A stretch of DNA of 64,000 nucleotides from NCBI GenBank assembly GCA_964247055.1, contig OZ176053.1, forward strand, positions 5,704,001-5,768,000, in the 5' to 3' direction. Under the pieces are notes generated by a model. That model did not search any database and had not been told where the DNA came from. It saw only the letters and a list, made by a program, of their open reading frames with translations. This document shows positions 41,604-52,500 of the stretch, one piece after another. The translations under genes and the position numbers were made by a program. The DNA comes from Paragordius varius. Taxonomy: Eukaryota > Animalia > Nematomorpha. Numbering within the stretch: position 1 is the stretch's first letter; the number at the start of each line of letters is the position of its first letter.

Positions 41604-44600
41604 GGTTAAATCCAAATTTAAAAATTTTTAGTAAATACAAGTGTTCAACGACACCATGAGTCTCTAAACGGCTTCAAACAAAAAATAGTTAAAAAATTAT
41701 CACAACAAAACATAAAAAACCAAAATTTAAATTTTTCGTAGATGATTAGCATATTCCCATTAGTTTAATTTATTTTAAAAAGCTTATTATGAGAGCAGCA
41801 AGTCAATTTGGGGGAAGGGGGATTCACTCTAGTCAATAATGATATATTTTAGAGTGGTCTACTTTTATTGGTGGGCATGTTTGGTTTTTCTGGCAGTTGT
41901 TGTGCGTACAGTTTGTTGCAAATTATATTCCGTTCTTTCATTACAACGATCGGAGCAATGTTGACAACGATTGGCTTAATTTCTTTTATATTTTGACTTT
42001 TTAGTGATGAGAAACAAAATTGTGATATTAGAAATATACAATAATTTTCGCATAAATTATAAATATAAATTGCCTGCCATGGTATATATTTTAAAATTCT
42101 TTATATAACCATTTAATTATTGTTGTTGTTGGATGATGATAAAAATTATCTTGGTGGTCGATTTTAATCGTTTTATAGTTAAATGTTAACGCAGTTAATT
42201 TAAAATCATTATACAAAATTTAGATATATTTGAAAAAGTAATCCAGAGATATAATGAATAAAGTGTTTGCCAGTTTCAATCATCTACGTTACGTAAAATA
42301 AATTAAAGTTCAGAAAGAATGGTATTCTTATTATAGCGAACCCACTCCCCACTCTCATAATGAGCGTTTTTTAAACAGTGCCTATTAACTAATGAGCTCT
42401 TGATTTTCATAACAATTTTCCGATTTTGAATATTTGAAGGTGTAATACGTAATCGTTTTAAGAATATACTTTTCCACAAATTCACTAGTTTCTGGGTGTT
42501 TCGGAGCCTTTATACTAAAAAATGAAAAATTTTTTAATCATCTTGATTTTAATCATATTTGAAAAATATTAAATTTTATTGAATAAAAAAACTGAATACT
42601 AAATGAATAAAAACAATGTGTTACTTTTTCTCAAAAAATGGTCATGATGTTATGGACCATTATTTCACATATAGGATAGTTATAGAGGAATAGAGGTCTA
42701 CTGTACATAAACTACACAGGATATAAAAAATGGAAATTCTTTACATAATTCAATAGTTAATCAACTTTTTACTTTACTAATTATTTTCATGAGCTTTACC
42801 TCCTTGTATGGAGTAAAAAACTCTTTAAATGTTAATATATATATTTTCAGTATTATTATGCAAAAATTATCTTTATTAAATAAATTTCTAATCAAAAATA
42901 ACATGTTAGTTATGGATGATGAAAGGACAAATTCTCTTACAACTAGGACGTGTTGATGATGCTCGTGACGCTTTTACACAAGGCGTAAGACTTATCTAAA
43001 TTCATAATTTTTTTAGAAATTTTTTAAAAATATTAACTTTTTTAATATTTAATTTTTTGAATGTTTTCTTACCTCCTTTTAGAAAAAATATATAATTTTT
43101 GTTTAATGTATTTTAAATTATCCTTTTATACACCAAATTTCATATCCATAGTTAAAAAGGTGTCCCAACTCTATTCCCTTATGGACACTCCTAGCAAACC
43201 TTGAAGAATCAAATGGCCAATTAATTAAGGCACGAGCTTTGATGGAAAAAGCCCGATTGCGTAATCCCGCAAACGAAGATATCTGGTAATTAATTTTAAC
43301 AGCTGACCTCTTTTATGTTAAATTGTTTGTTAAAATTATTAAATTTAAATAAAATGGGTATGTGACTCAGGTTATTATATAAATTGACGCTAAATTTATC
43401 TATTTTTAGGCTAGAATCAATAAGGATTGAGAATCGATCTGATAACAAAGATTTTGCCGAAACACTAATGGCTAAAGGTAAGTTTATATTTGTATAAAAT
43501 AAATTTTTATCTACAATTCAAACTCTTTTTATTGGGGATTTTTGATTTTATTTTAACCACAGTGTATAAAATTTTTTTATAGACTTTGAAAACTAAAAGA
43601 CAAATATTTATAAAGCCCTATCAGTTTTTTTACATAACATATTGTTTTATTTCCGAAATATGTAACGATATAAATTAAGTTTCAATTATATTAAACAACT
43701 GTAATGGTTGTATTAAATTGTTTATAAGAGTATGTCTGCCTTTTTCAAAAAAATATTATTTATCTTTTAGTTTGTTCATAATTTTATTTTTTACAGCACA
43801 TTACTTTTCAATGATCCAAGGTCTGTGCTTGCGAATATATAATAATATAATTTAAATAATGTTTAATTGTTCAGATTTTGTCATTTACCTGTTAAAGCAT
43901 TACTGATCTATAAAAACAATATTTATTAACAAATTGAAAATGGTAATATAAGTTGCATAAAAAAGTATTATTTAATAAATAAAAGCAATGCAAGAATGCC
44001 CCAACAGTGGAAAACTCTGGGCTGAATCCATATTTATGCAAACTCGACCACACCGAAAAACTAAAAGTGTGGATGCGCTGAAACGTTGTGAACATGACAT
44101 GCGCGTTTTGCTTGCCGTTTCAAAGTATTTATTTTGTTTTAAAGAAATCTCTTTTTTTGTAATTGGATATGATTTTTTTGCTAATAAGTTTATAATAACT
44201 TATTTAGGCTGTTTTGGAGTGAAAGGAAAATAACTAAAGCCAAGGAATGGTTTTATCGTACCATAAAGATTGACCAAGATTATGGTGATACTTGGGCCTA
44301 TTTTTACAAATTCCTATGTACCCATGGAACTGAGGTTAGTTTTTTTTGAATCTATGATATTTTTTAGATCACATAAGCGCAAAATAATTTTTTATGTATT
44401 ATAATACGCGCCTGGTGAGCCCTCTTTAATTTATGAATATAGTCAACACTCTTTAAGGATTAGGAAAGCCATGAAAGCAAATTTAAAAAATAAAACAAGC
44501 TGTCAAAATATATTTAATAAAGACCCCGCGATTTCCCAATTTTTAATATACCCTTTTTGGGTTAAGCTAACATTCTGCATGTAATTGAAGTTTATTCTAA

Positions 44601-45098
44601 AGTTAAGTTGAATTATAATAAAATTTGTGTTTATAGCAATTATTTTATACTCGTTAGTTTGCCTGATTGTTTTTGAAAAAAATTATGTTTTTTTTATAAA
44701 TTATAAAATAATTAAGATATGTTTTTTAGTATTATTTTCGATAATAATACGGGCGATTTGTGATGACCAAAAGTTTTACCATACTTTAATTTCATTTAAA
44801 TTTTGAAACTTAAAATTGAAACAAAATGTTTAGCATCACATGAAAAATGCTTTTTATTTTTAATAGTATTATTACAAAACCATAAAATATCAAAAAAAGG
44901 GTTTTTATTTCTAAACTATCTATTAAATTATTACTTTGATTTTAGGAAGAAAGGGAAGATTTGATAAAAAGATGCGTTAAAGCCGAACCACATCATGGTG
45001 AAGTATGGTGTAAAGTTTCAAAAGACATCAAAAATTGGCGTTTAAAGACATCAGATATACTGGTAAAAACAGCCGAACTCTTAGAGATTCCTAAATGA
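30174..45098 (+). CDS. PRPF6: Pre-mRNA processing factor 6 (U5-102K, tri-snRNP HAT/TPR protein), multi-exon
   Basis: NKKRKIFLG...GYVPGAGRG|[15 protein letters not shown]; [11 protein letters not shown]; [12 protein letters not shown]; [10 protein letters not shown]; [10 protein letters not shown]; [20 protein letters not shown]; [17 protein letters not shown]; [12 protein letters not shown]; [14 protein letters not shown]; [15 protein letters not shown]...EIPK* (TGA at 45096-45098). Confidence 0.97.
31663..31800. repeat. ~72-bp direct tandem duplication in a PRPF6 intron
   Basis: taaaacacctaattttggc...aaaatgatcaatatttgtagtttt occurs twice in succession. Confidence 0.8.
32716..33280. mobile_element. 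Non-autonomous DNA transposon with ~34-bp terminal inverted repeats and a probable TTAA target
   Basis: cttcgattcaaattggggtagttaaataccccag (32722-32755) is the inverted copy of ctggggtatttagataccccaatttgaatcgaag (33241-33274). The right end is followed by tgTTAA, and the left flank is a degenerate ttag. Confidence 0.65.
33457..33681. mobile_element. MITE family A copy, highly degenerate, in a PRPF6 intron
   Basis: TATACCATTTTAAC...GTGTAAATGATATA termini, with remnants aattcacccc and aaataaattatgtgttt. Confidence 0.55.
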
Positions 45099-45204
45099 TT
45101 ATATTAATCAAGATAAATTATTATATCTGTGTATATTGTTACAATAAACCATATATTAATTTTGCATCACATTCATTGGTAGGCATAGCATATTTTTTTC
45201 ATTT

Positions 45205-46020
45205 TTAGTTGTTTTGTTTGGATATACGAGGGGTATTTTTGGTGGCAAATCGTTTACCCAAAAACCAATATGTTAAAACTGCGGTAAAAGGTGCCAACCA
45301 ATAAACTATAATGTCTGATTGCTTATCCGCTCCTTGACAATTCCACGTTAACGCTGTAGCTAATATAGGGTTAAAATACATCCCTGTATACGGAGCTCCA
45401 AACGTAACTAACAGTGCCATGATAAATGCCGTAATCAAAGTTTGAATGATTGGACATTTGCTCATCATACCCTGTTCTAGTCTAGATTTCTCAATCAGTG
45501 TTGGGATAATCAAATTTATGACGATTAACATTATGAGCATACCCATGTATTCTCAGAGAAAGCCTATGACTAAAGGTATATGCAACTCCGTTTCGCAATA
45601 TGAAATTTCATAGTTTTTGGATTCGGATTTTGCGAACTTCGTCGACATTACGTATCGATCCAATGTGCCTGTCGTAATCCAAAGTAAAAACAAGGCTAAA
45701 AATTGACTAACGGCTAATTTTACTACATTGTGATAAGTAAATTTGGATGAAGAAACTATTTGATTGTGTGAGGATGGAGTTTCCCCTTCCTCTGGTTCGT
45801 TAGTTGTTGTTATATAAGAATAAGTTAAGAAGCAAGGACACCCAAAACATTGTTCAGCCAATAAGTAATCAATACTAAATGCCCAAACAAAAAATAGGAG
45901 AAAAAAGGGTAAGGATTGAGGTGCATAAAAATGTAATGACATATAAACCGACAAATATCTTAGGGTTAAGCATATTAGATACGTTGAAATTAATTCGCTA
46001 ATAAAGTTTACTGAATGCAT
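45205..46020 (-). CDS. Unorthodox aquaporin (AQP11/12 subfamily), intronless, 271 codons interrupted by one in-frame TGA at 45555-45553. It may be a pseudogene, a readthrough gene or a sequencing error.
   Basis: The two ORF-track entries are one continuous frame (...YCETELHIPLVIGFL*EYMGML...). Motifs are FGCPC (first NPA-like box) and GMYFNPILATALTWNC, with the subfamily Cys 9 residues after the second box, followed by IVYWLAP. Confidence 0.8.
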
Positions 46021-46250
46021 AAAATTCGATATTAAAATTAATTATATTATCTTTTCTTATTACAAATCGGTTTTAAGGGAAACATTGAAAATTAAAAATA
46101 TTGATCGATAAATTTGTTGATTAAAACGATTTTATTAAGCTAAAATTCATCATTGATTATATTTTTAACATTACATTTTTGATTTGAAATTATGTAAATA
46201 TATTTGAACTATAGAGCATTTTTGAGATTGAAATGTAGAAATTATTAAAA

Positions 46251-46285
<35 letters not shown>

Positions 46286-46290
46286 CATAT

Positions 46291-47292
46291 ATATGCTGTG
46301 TCCAAAATAATTTTTGACGGAATAATTTTTTCATGAGATAGCTTGTGCCCAGCGAATTCATTTGTAAGAATTTTAATTTGACCTAGTTTTTGAAATATTG
46401 AGAGAAAATCGAAATTGAGCAAAAAGTGAAAATTAAGGATATTTCAAAAAATATTGATCAAAGCCGAGATATTATGGTTTTATGATTTTAGAAGATATTA
46501 TTAATATATAAATAGCCTAAAATCATATAGTTAGGGTTCCTATAGAATCTCAGTTCAAAAGATGGCGTTCTTTATACACACTAAAAAGACAAAAAAAATT
46601 TATGAAATTAAATTTTAGATTATTTACTAACTAAACTCACTATTTTATTCAGTAAAAAACTTACATATCAAAAAAAAATATTGTTTTTATTTTTTCATTT
46701 TTTCGCCATCTGGTTTATGAGTGTATTAAAAATTTATACTGTTTTATTTTGGAATCTTATATGAATGGGAATCACAAAGTATTTAATTTATGCAACAAAA
46801 TTTACAAGTGAAAAATTAACCAAAAATCCGTACATATCCAAATAAAAATATTGTGTTAAAACAAACCTGTTACACGGATTTATACAGATTGGTTTATATT
46901 CCACTACTTTTAAATCCTACTTTGCATAAATTATATACTTTATAATTTCCACTCATGTGAGATTCCAATATAAAACTGTATAAAAAAATTTATAAACTCA
47001 TAAACCAGATGACAAAAATATGAAAAAATAAAAAACGATATTATTTAGTTTTTTATTTTTATACAAATTCTAACTATATGATATTAGGTTATTTATATAA
47101 ACTCCTAAAATGATTATAAACCATAATATTTCAGTTATCATTATTTTTTAAATTATCCTTAATCTTCATTTTTTGCCCAATTATAATTTTCTCTTAGTAT
47201 TTCAAAACTAGGTCAACAAATTAAAATTTTTGCGACAAATGAATTCGCTGGTCATAAGCTATTGTTAAAAAAAACACTCTTTTTACATAGTA
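46291..47292. mobile_element. ~1 kb near-complete palindrome (foldback element) flanked by (TA)n on both sides
   Basis: gatagcttgtgcccagcgaattcatttgt...gacctagtttttgaaata is mirrored by tatttcaaaactaggtc...acaaatgaattcgctggtcataagctatt. The inner block ccatctggtttatgagt is mirrored by actcataaaccagatga. Confidence 0.85.
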
Positions 47293-48153
47293 TATATATA
47301 TATATATATATTAGAAATTTAATTTTAACAGTCATTTATAACATTGTTAAAACTTTAAAGATTGAATATCTTGGCATTTTATAAGTGATCCAATAAAAAA
47401 TTTTCTATATAAAGATAATATATATTACTTTCATAATTCCCTATATTGAAATGAAAAAGACGGATATTTTCATAAATAATTTTGACATAAGTGCCATAAA
47501 TAAAAAAACTAGCTAATAACCGACTCAAACCGATGTGGCACATTTTATTTACGCCAACATATGACACTATAAAAACATTGTGATACGATTTCCTTTTAGC
47601 GGACGCAATCAGTACGATTTTAAGAAACTTTTAAGATGGTATAATTTTTTACCTAGCACAAGCCCTAAGGTGGCAAATTCATACAAAATTTGACACGTAT
47701 ACACATATCTTAAATTTTTCGGGTGATTTTTATTTTAGAAATCCATATTTACTTTTTTTCGATTAGAACACAGCAGATTTTGGTCATTGTATTATTCATA
47801 AACCGTAAATAACATTACCATAATTAACAATACAAAACATTATTTTATTTTAAGGACTATATACATTAAGCTTCAATAAATTAAATTAGCTTCGACAAAA
47901 TAAAATACAATACACAAAAGTGAATACAAGGAGTAAAAATTGCTATATCAAAAATTTGGAAGCATAAAATTATAATAAACAAATGTTGAAAGTTGAAAAT
48001 ATAATAGATAGCATTTAAGCTCATGAAGTTGATAATACAAATAAATGATATTGCTCGTGGTGGCGCATAAGACAAAAAAATAAATTTAACTATATTTAAT
48101 GTTCAAAAAATTGAAATTATTTAATAATAATACAATACATATTCATATTCTTG

Positions 48154-48182
<29 letters not shown>

Positions 48183-48186
<4 letters not shown>

Positions 48187-48896
48187 CCATTTACACTTCA
48201 AGAGTGTCCTTGAACAATTCAAGTTGGTCCTTGAACAATTCAAGTTGGTCCTTGAACAGTTCAAGTTGGTCCTTGAACAATTCAAGTTGGTCCTTGAACA
48301 GTTCAAGTTGGTCCTTGAACAATTCAAGTTGGTCCTTGAACATTTCAAGTTGGTCCTTAAAATTTATAAATTTTGATTTAACCATAATTTTTGCATTTAT
48401 TCTTTTATTTTATTATTTATTAACCTAAAAATTTTTATTGAAAAACCACTTTTTTGTTTCAAACTATTTTTTTTTCAATTGAACAAAATTATTGACTTTT
48501 AAAAATGTTTTTAATGAAAAAATTTAATTAATAACCCAGAAAAATATATTTTTTCATTTCGTGTTAAAACCTATAAATATCCAAATTTATTTTAAGAAAT
48601 GAATAAAGATATAGGGTTTCTCAAAGATTAAAAGTTGATATCGATTTAAATTTTATGTTAAATAATAGGAAATAGGTTAAAAACAATAAAATAGATGAAT
48701 TATTTACAATTTGATTGATAAAATTTAAAAACAAAACAAAAAAGTCAAAGGACCAACTTGAATTGTTCAAGGACCAACTTGAATTGTTCAAGGACCAACT
48801 TGAACTGTTCAAGGACCAACTTGAATTGTTCAAGGACCAACTTGAATTGTTCAAGGACCAACTTGAATTGTTCAAGGACACTCTTGAAGTGTAAAT

Positions 48897-48902
<6 letters not shown>
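48183..48902. mobile_element. MITE family B: same termini as family A, variant 21-bp repeat GTCCTTGAACAATTCAAGTTG
   Basis: TATACCATTTACAC...GTGTAAATGGTATA, with 7 repeat units on the left, 6 inverted units on the right, and (TA)n tracts on both sides. Confidence 0.92.
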
Positions 48903-48930
<28 letters not shown>

Positions 48931-48931
<1 letters not shown>

Positions 48932-51900
48932 TAAGCAATAAATGATGTGTCATTATATTGAGAATCTAATGTTTTAACAGTGGTCATCTCTTTTTCACAA
49001 ATGTCATTGGTATTTATGAGATTTTTATATGTATCGTTATTATCATTATTGTACATCAATCTTTGGGGGTAATATGGTGTTACATGCTGTTCTTCAAAGT
49101 AATTCAAAACATTAAATTTTGGATTATGGAAGGGTGATAACCAAAGCAGAGGTGACATATCCTCACCAAAGACTTCACGTATGTTTGCAACAATCGTTCC
49201 TTTACGACCAGTAGTTTTATTAGCGTAATTATTAACATCGAAATTGGAATCATTTAACGTCATGAAATTTGTTGGCAAATTGCAATAATTTAACATTTTA
49301 GTGTTGTTATTGTTACATGTACCAAAATTTTTAAAACAACCCCGTCTCCGAACAAATATACCACTATTATGTAAAAACTTTCGTGGGTAATGAGTTGTCA
49401 TGCGATGTAGAAAGAAATGACTTAACGCATAACATTTGGCAACTGATGGTAAGTTTTGTACAAATTTATTTTTTCGATTTCTATTATTACTATACGGCTC
49501 TATGCCATTTTCAATATCAGCGGACAAATTTTTGGTTTTATCATTTCCATTCTCAAAGAGTATTTTAATGTCAGATTCACGGTTAGCGGGTTCATTAAAT
49601 TTGGTAGTGGTTGTACGTTTAAGAGCTTCGATAGCCTAAAAAATATAACAAATGTTGAATAAAATGAGTTTTTATTCAGTATATGTAAAAAACACAATAT
49701 TAATAATTTTTAATTACAAATAAGGCCAGACATATGTAAAAACTTTAATATAATAAATAATTTAAATTCGCTAATAATTATAATAATAATAAATTTAACT
49801 TATTATAAAGTTATCTAACAACCAAACTTTTATCTCAACATTTATATATATCTACTACAAAATTTATTGATATAATAATTTAATATTTTAAAACTTTCTT
49901 GTAATCAAACTATACCGTAGTATCAGTTAAAATCCGATGTATTTGCATTCCCGTCATAATACAACAAAATATGGTGAATAGGAGAGATTCAAATATAAGG
50001 AAAATTATTAGGAGAAAAGACGTGGGGGCATCAAATGCTTTTGAACAAATTATCCAATCACTTTGAACACAGGTGTAAATATGATGAGCACAGAGGTTTA
50101 AGGCCTGAGCACCAGACAGCAAAATGTAAAACTAAATAAAAAAAAGATTATAAAAATGTTTTTAATTTGCTAGAGCTAAATATATAATTTAATAGTTATT
50201 AAAATGTGGATTTGAACTAGTACTATTGTAGTGTTACAACTTCTATTTTGTTATTTTTAATATTCTATTTTAATAAATATTTAATTATTTTATTAAATAT
50301 TTATTTGAATTCCTCCCCCCCTCTAACATTGAACCTGTTTGTAAGAAAAATAGTTCTTTTTCACACCATAAATTTATAAATTTTTCAATCCAGTATAAGA
50401 TTTATACCCTACAAAAAGTTATTATAAATAGATAAAATTTCTCAAATACCAATTCTATTGGGATTGGTTATTTTAGAAATAAACATTAATTTTCATTAAA
50501 TTTTTATAGGGTAAAAAACAAACACTCATAGTAATCTAACCAAAAAATAAAAATAATTGAATTTTATAATGTTTTTACTAAAAAAATTATATTATGGGTT
50601 GTAAAATCCTTAAATTTTTCAAGAATAAGACAAGAAAAAAATATAAATAAATGTCTACATTAAAAAGGACAAAAAATTTTTGATTGTTTTCCCCCACGCA
50701 ATTATTGATCCATGGACAATGATGATCCATTTTGTTTATACATTTTTTGCAAGTGCTAATATAAATTGAAGAAAAATATAATATATTAAATAAAGTTATA
50801 TACCATTTACATCCACCCTCAAACAATTCAAATTCACCCTAAAAATAAATTAAGTGTTTTCGGGCTAATAAAACTTATCATTAATATGAAATAAATTTTT
50901 ACTACATAGATTAATATATTAATTTTAAACAGAATTTCATATTTTAAAAATATTAAAAAAATAAAGGTAATATTTTAATCTTAAAAAACACATTATTTAA
51001 TTTAGAAATTTGAATTTTTCGAGGGTGAATTTGAATTGCTCAAAGGTGAATTTGAATTGCTCAAAGGTGAATTTTAACTGTATATGGTATATTATTCCAA
51101 CCATAAAAACTTTCTTTATATATAAATTATAATATCATTTATCAATAAAAAGGTATAACTACTGTCCAATGTTTTTGTCTTGCCAAATACCTGCAAAAAC
51201 AAAAAAATAGCAAATATATGGAAAAACCAAAAATTGTTTTATTCCGTTAATGAATTTTATAATTACTGTGACATTTTATACAAGTGATGGAGAAAAATGG
51301 GATAACTAAACAATCACACCTTATTAACAAAATCAATGATATGAATTATAATTTTAAAATTTGTTTAAAAAATAAAAGTACAGCAAAATCATGCAATTAG
51401 TAAGCAGCATTATAAAAAATAAAATAAATCGTAAGTTACCTGCAATGATGAGCCCGATCTGGTTTGAGTGAAAAACATTTGAGACACCGTAAAATGGGAC
51501 GATGAGTAATCAAATTAACTAAAGGTTGTAAGCACAATGTATAATTTGCAATTGTTATTGCCATCAAAAAAATTTAATTGTAAGTTACGGAGTAAATCTC
51601 TATTTTTTACATAATTTTTATTTTGCAAAAATATATCTAAGAAAAAGCATTGAAATGCGTGATATAGATTTTAAACGGTTCCGATCACGTTTAATATAGT
51701 GATTGCTAAAGTCACCAATTTAATAAAAACCAACCTAATAATCCTAAAAATCTAACATAATAAGATGCAAAATTTAGGAAAAAATAATTTAAAATAACTT
51801 ACTAGATTCTGAAGCTCCTTTTCCACTTTCATATTGATAAACATGGTGAGGCCCTTCATTACGGGTTAAAGACTTATTACCGTTTAAAGGAACTCTAAGA

Positions 51901-52463
51901 AGGGGTTGTACAGGCCCATCAGAATCATCGGAATCAATAAGATTACAATTTACAGCGTTTACATAAGAATAATTCTTATTATTAATATTATAGTTGCTAT
52001 TTTGTTTGGATAAATAATCGGGATCTGAGTCACAACTTTCGTTGATCAAACTTAGTTTTTCATTTGCACAATCACCGGAAACAGATTTTACCTGATTATT
52101 ATATGCATCATATTTTTGGTGGTTTTCTAGTTGATCAAAAATATAATATTGTTGTTGAGAAACATCCGCCCCCTTCTTAACTGGCAAAAGTTTTAATCTT
52201 ATAGTGCCCTTAAAATAAAATATAAAAAAATTACTGGATCAGTTAGCATAGATTTTAAATGCGATATTATGGCCAGACCTAGGGTAGTTTGAAAAGCTAA
52301 AAATGTAATAAATGTAGTAAAAGTCCAGATCTGATGCCAGAGTAAGACATATATTACAACAAAATCTGCGTAAATAATTAAATTCCTATAAATATTAAAA
52401 AATAAGGCCATACCATGTCATAAATGCCAAAATAAATCCGCAACAATCCTTAACTAACCACAT
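48931..52463 (-). CDS. DHHC palmitoyltransferase, ZDHHC3/7-like, with two long low-complexity insertions
   Basis: [17 protein letters not shown]|[10 protein letters not shown]...[10 protein letters not shown]; [17 protein letters not shown]|[31 protein letters not shown]; [26 protein letters not shown]|AIEALK; [19 protein letters not shown]. The paralogue (3 vs 7) cannot be resolved. Confidence 0.93.
50799..51091. mobile_element. MITE family A copy, in a ZDHHC intron
   Basis: TATACCATTTACATCCACCCTCAAACAATTCAAATTCACCC...GGTGAATTTTAACTGTATATGGTATA. Confidence 0.85.
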
Positions 52464-52500
52464 TTTATAAATAAATTAATTCATCTGTTCAAATGATTTA
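52464..52500. promoter_or_regulatory. 37-nt spacer between the divergent ZDHHC and LIAS start codons
   Basis: ZDHHC ATG is at 52463-52461 with an in-frame TAA 15 nt upstream. LIAS ATG is at 52501 with an upstream ATG ATT TAA. The spacer is tttataaataaattaattcatctgttcaaatgattta. Confidence 0.6.

Noticed and set aside
41760-42500. Short ORFs and a CxxC-containing frame inside a PRPF6 intron
   Set aside because: No start or splice support and no recognisable family. Likely decayed transposon sequence.
45099-45204. SECIS-like ATGA...AAAA...GA in the aquaporin 3' region
   Set aside because: Only about 4 bp of the required helix II can form by eye, so it is not a convincing SECIS.
30020-45555. 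Genome-wide UGA reassignment suggested by two in-frame TGAs (ACTR6, aquaporin)
   Set aside because: PRPF6 ends in TGA at the position expected from orthologues, Trp is encoded by TGG, and the ACTR6 TGA falls in a plausible 24-nt intron.
48099-48953. ORFs made of KDQLELF, NNSSWSL or CSRTNLN repeats, and a possible CRISPR-like array
   Set aside because: These are translations of the 21-bp MITE repeat. Units are contiguous with no unique spacers, the context is eukaryotic, and there are no cas genes.
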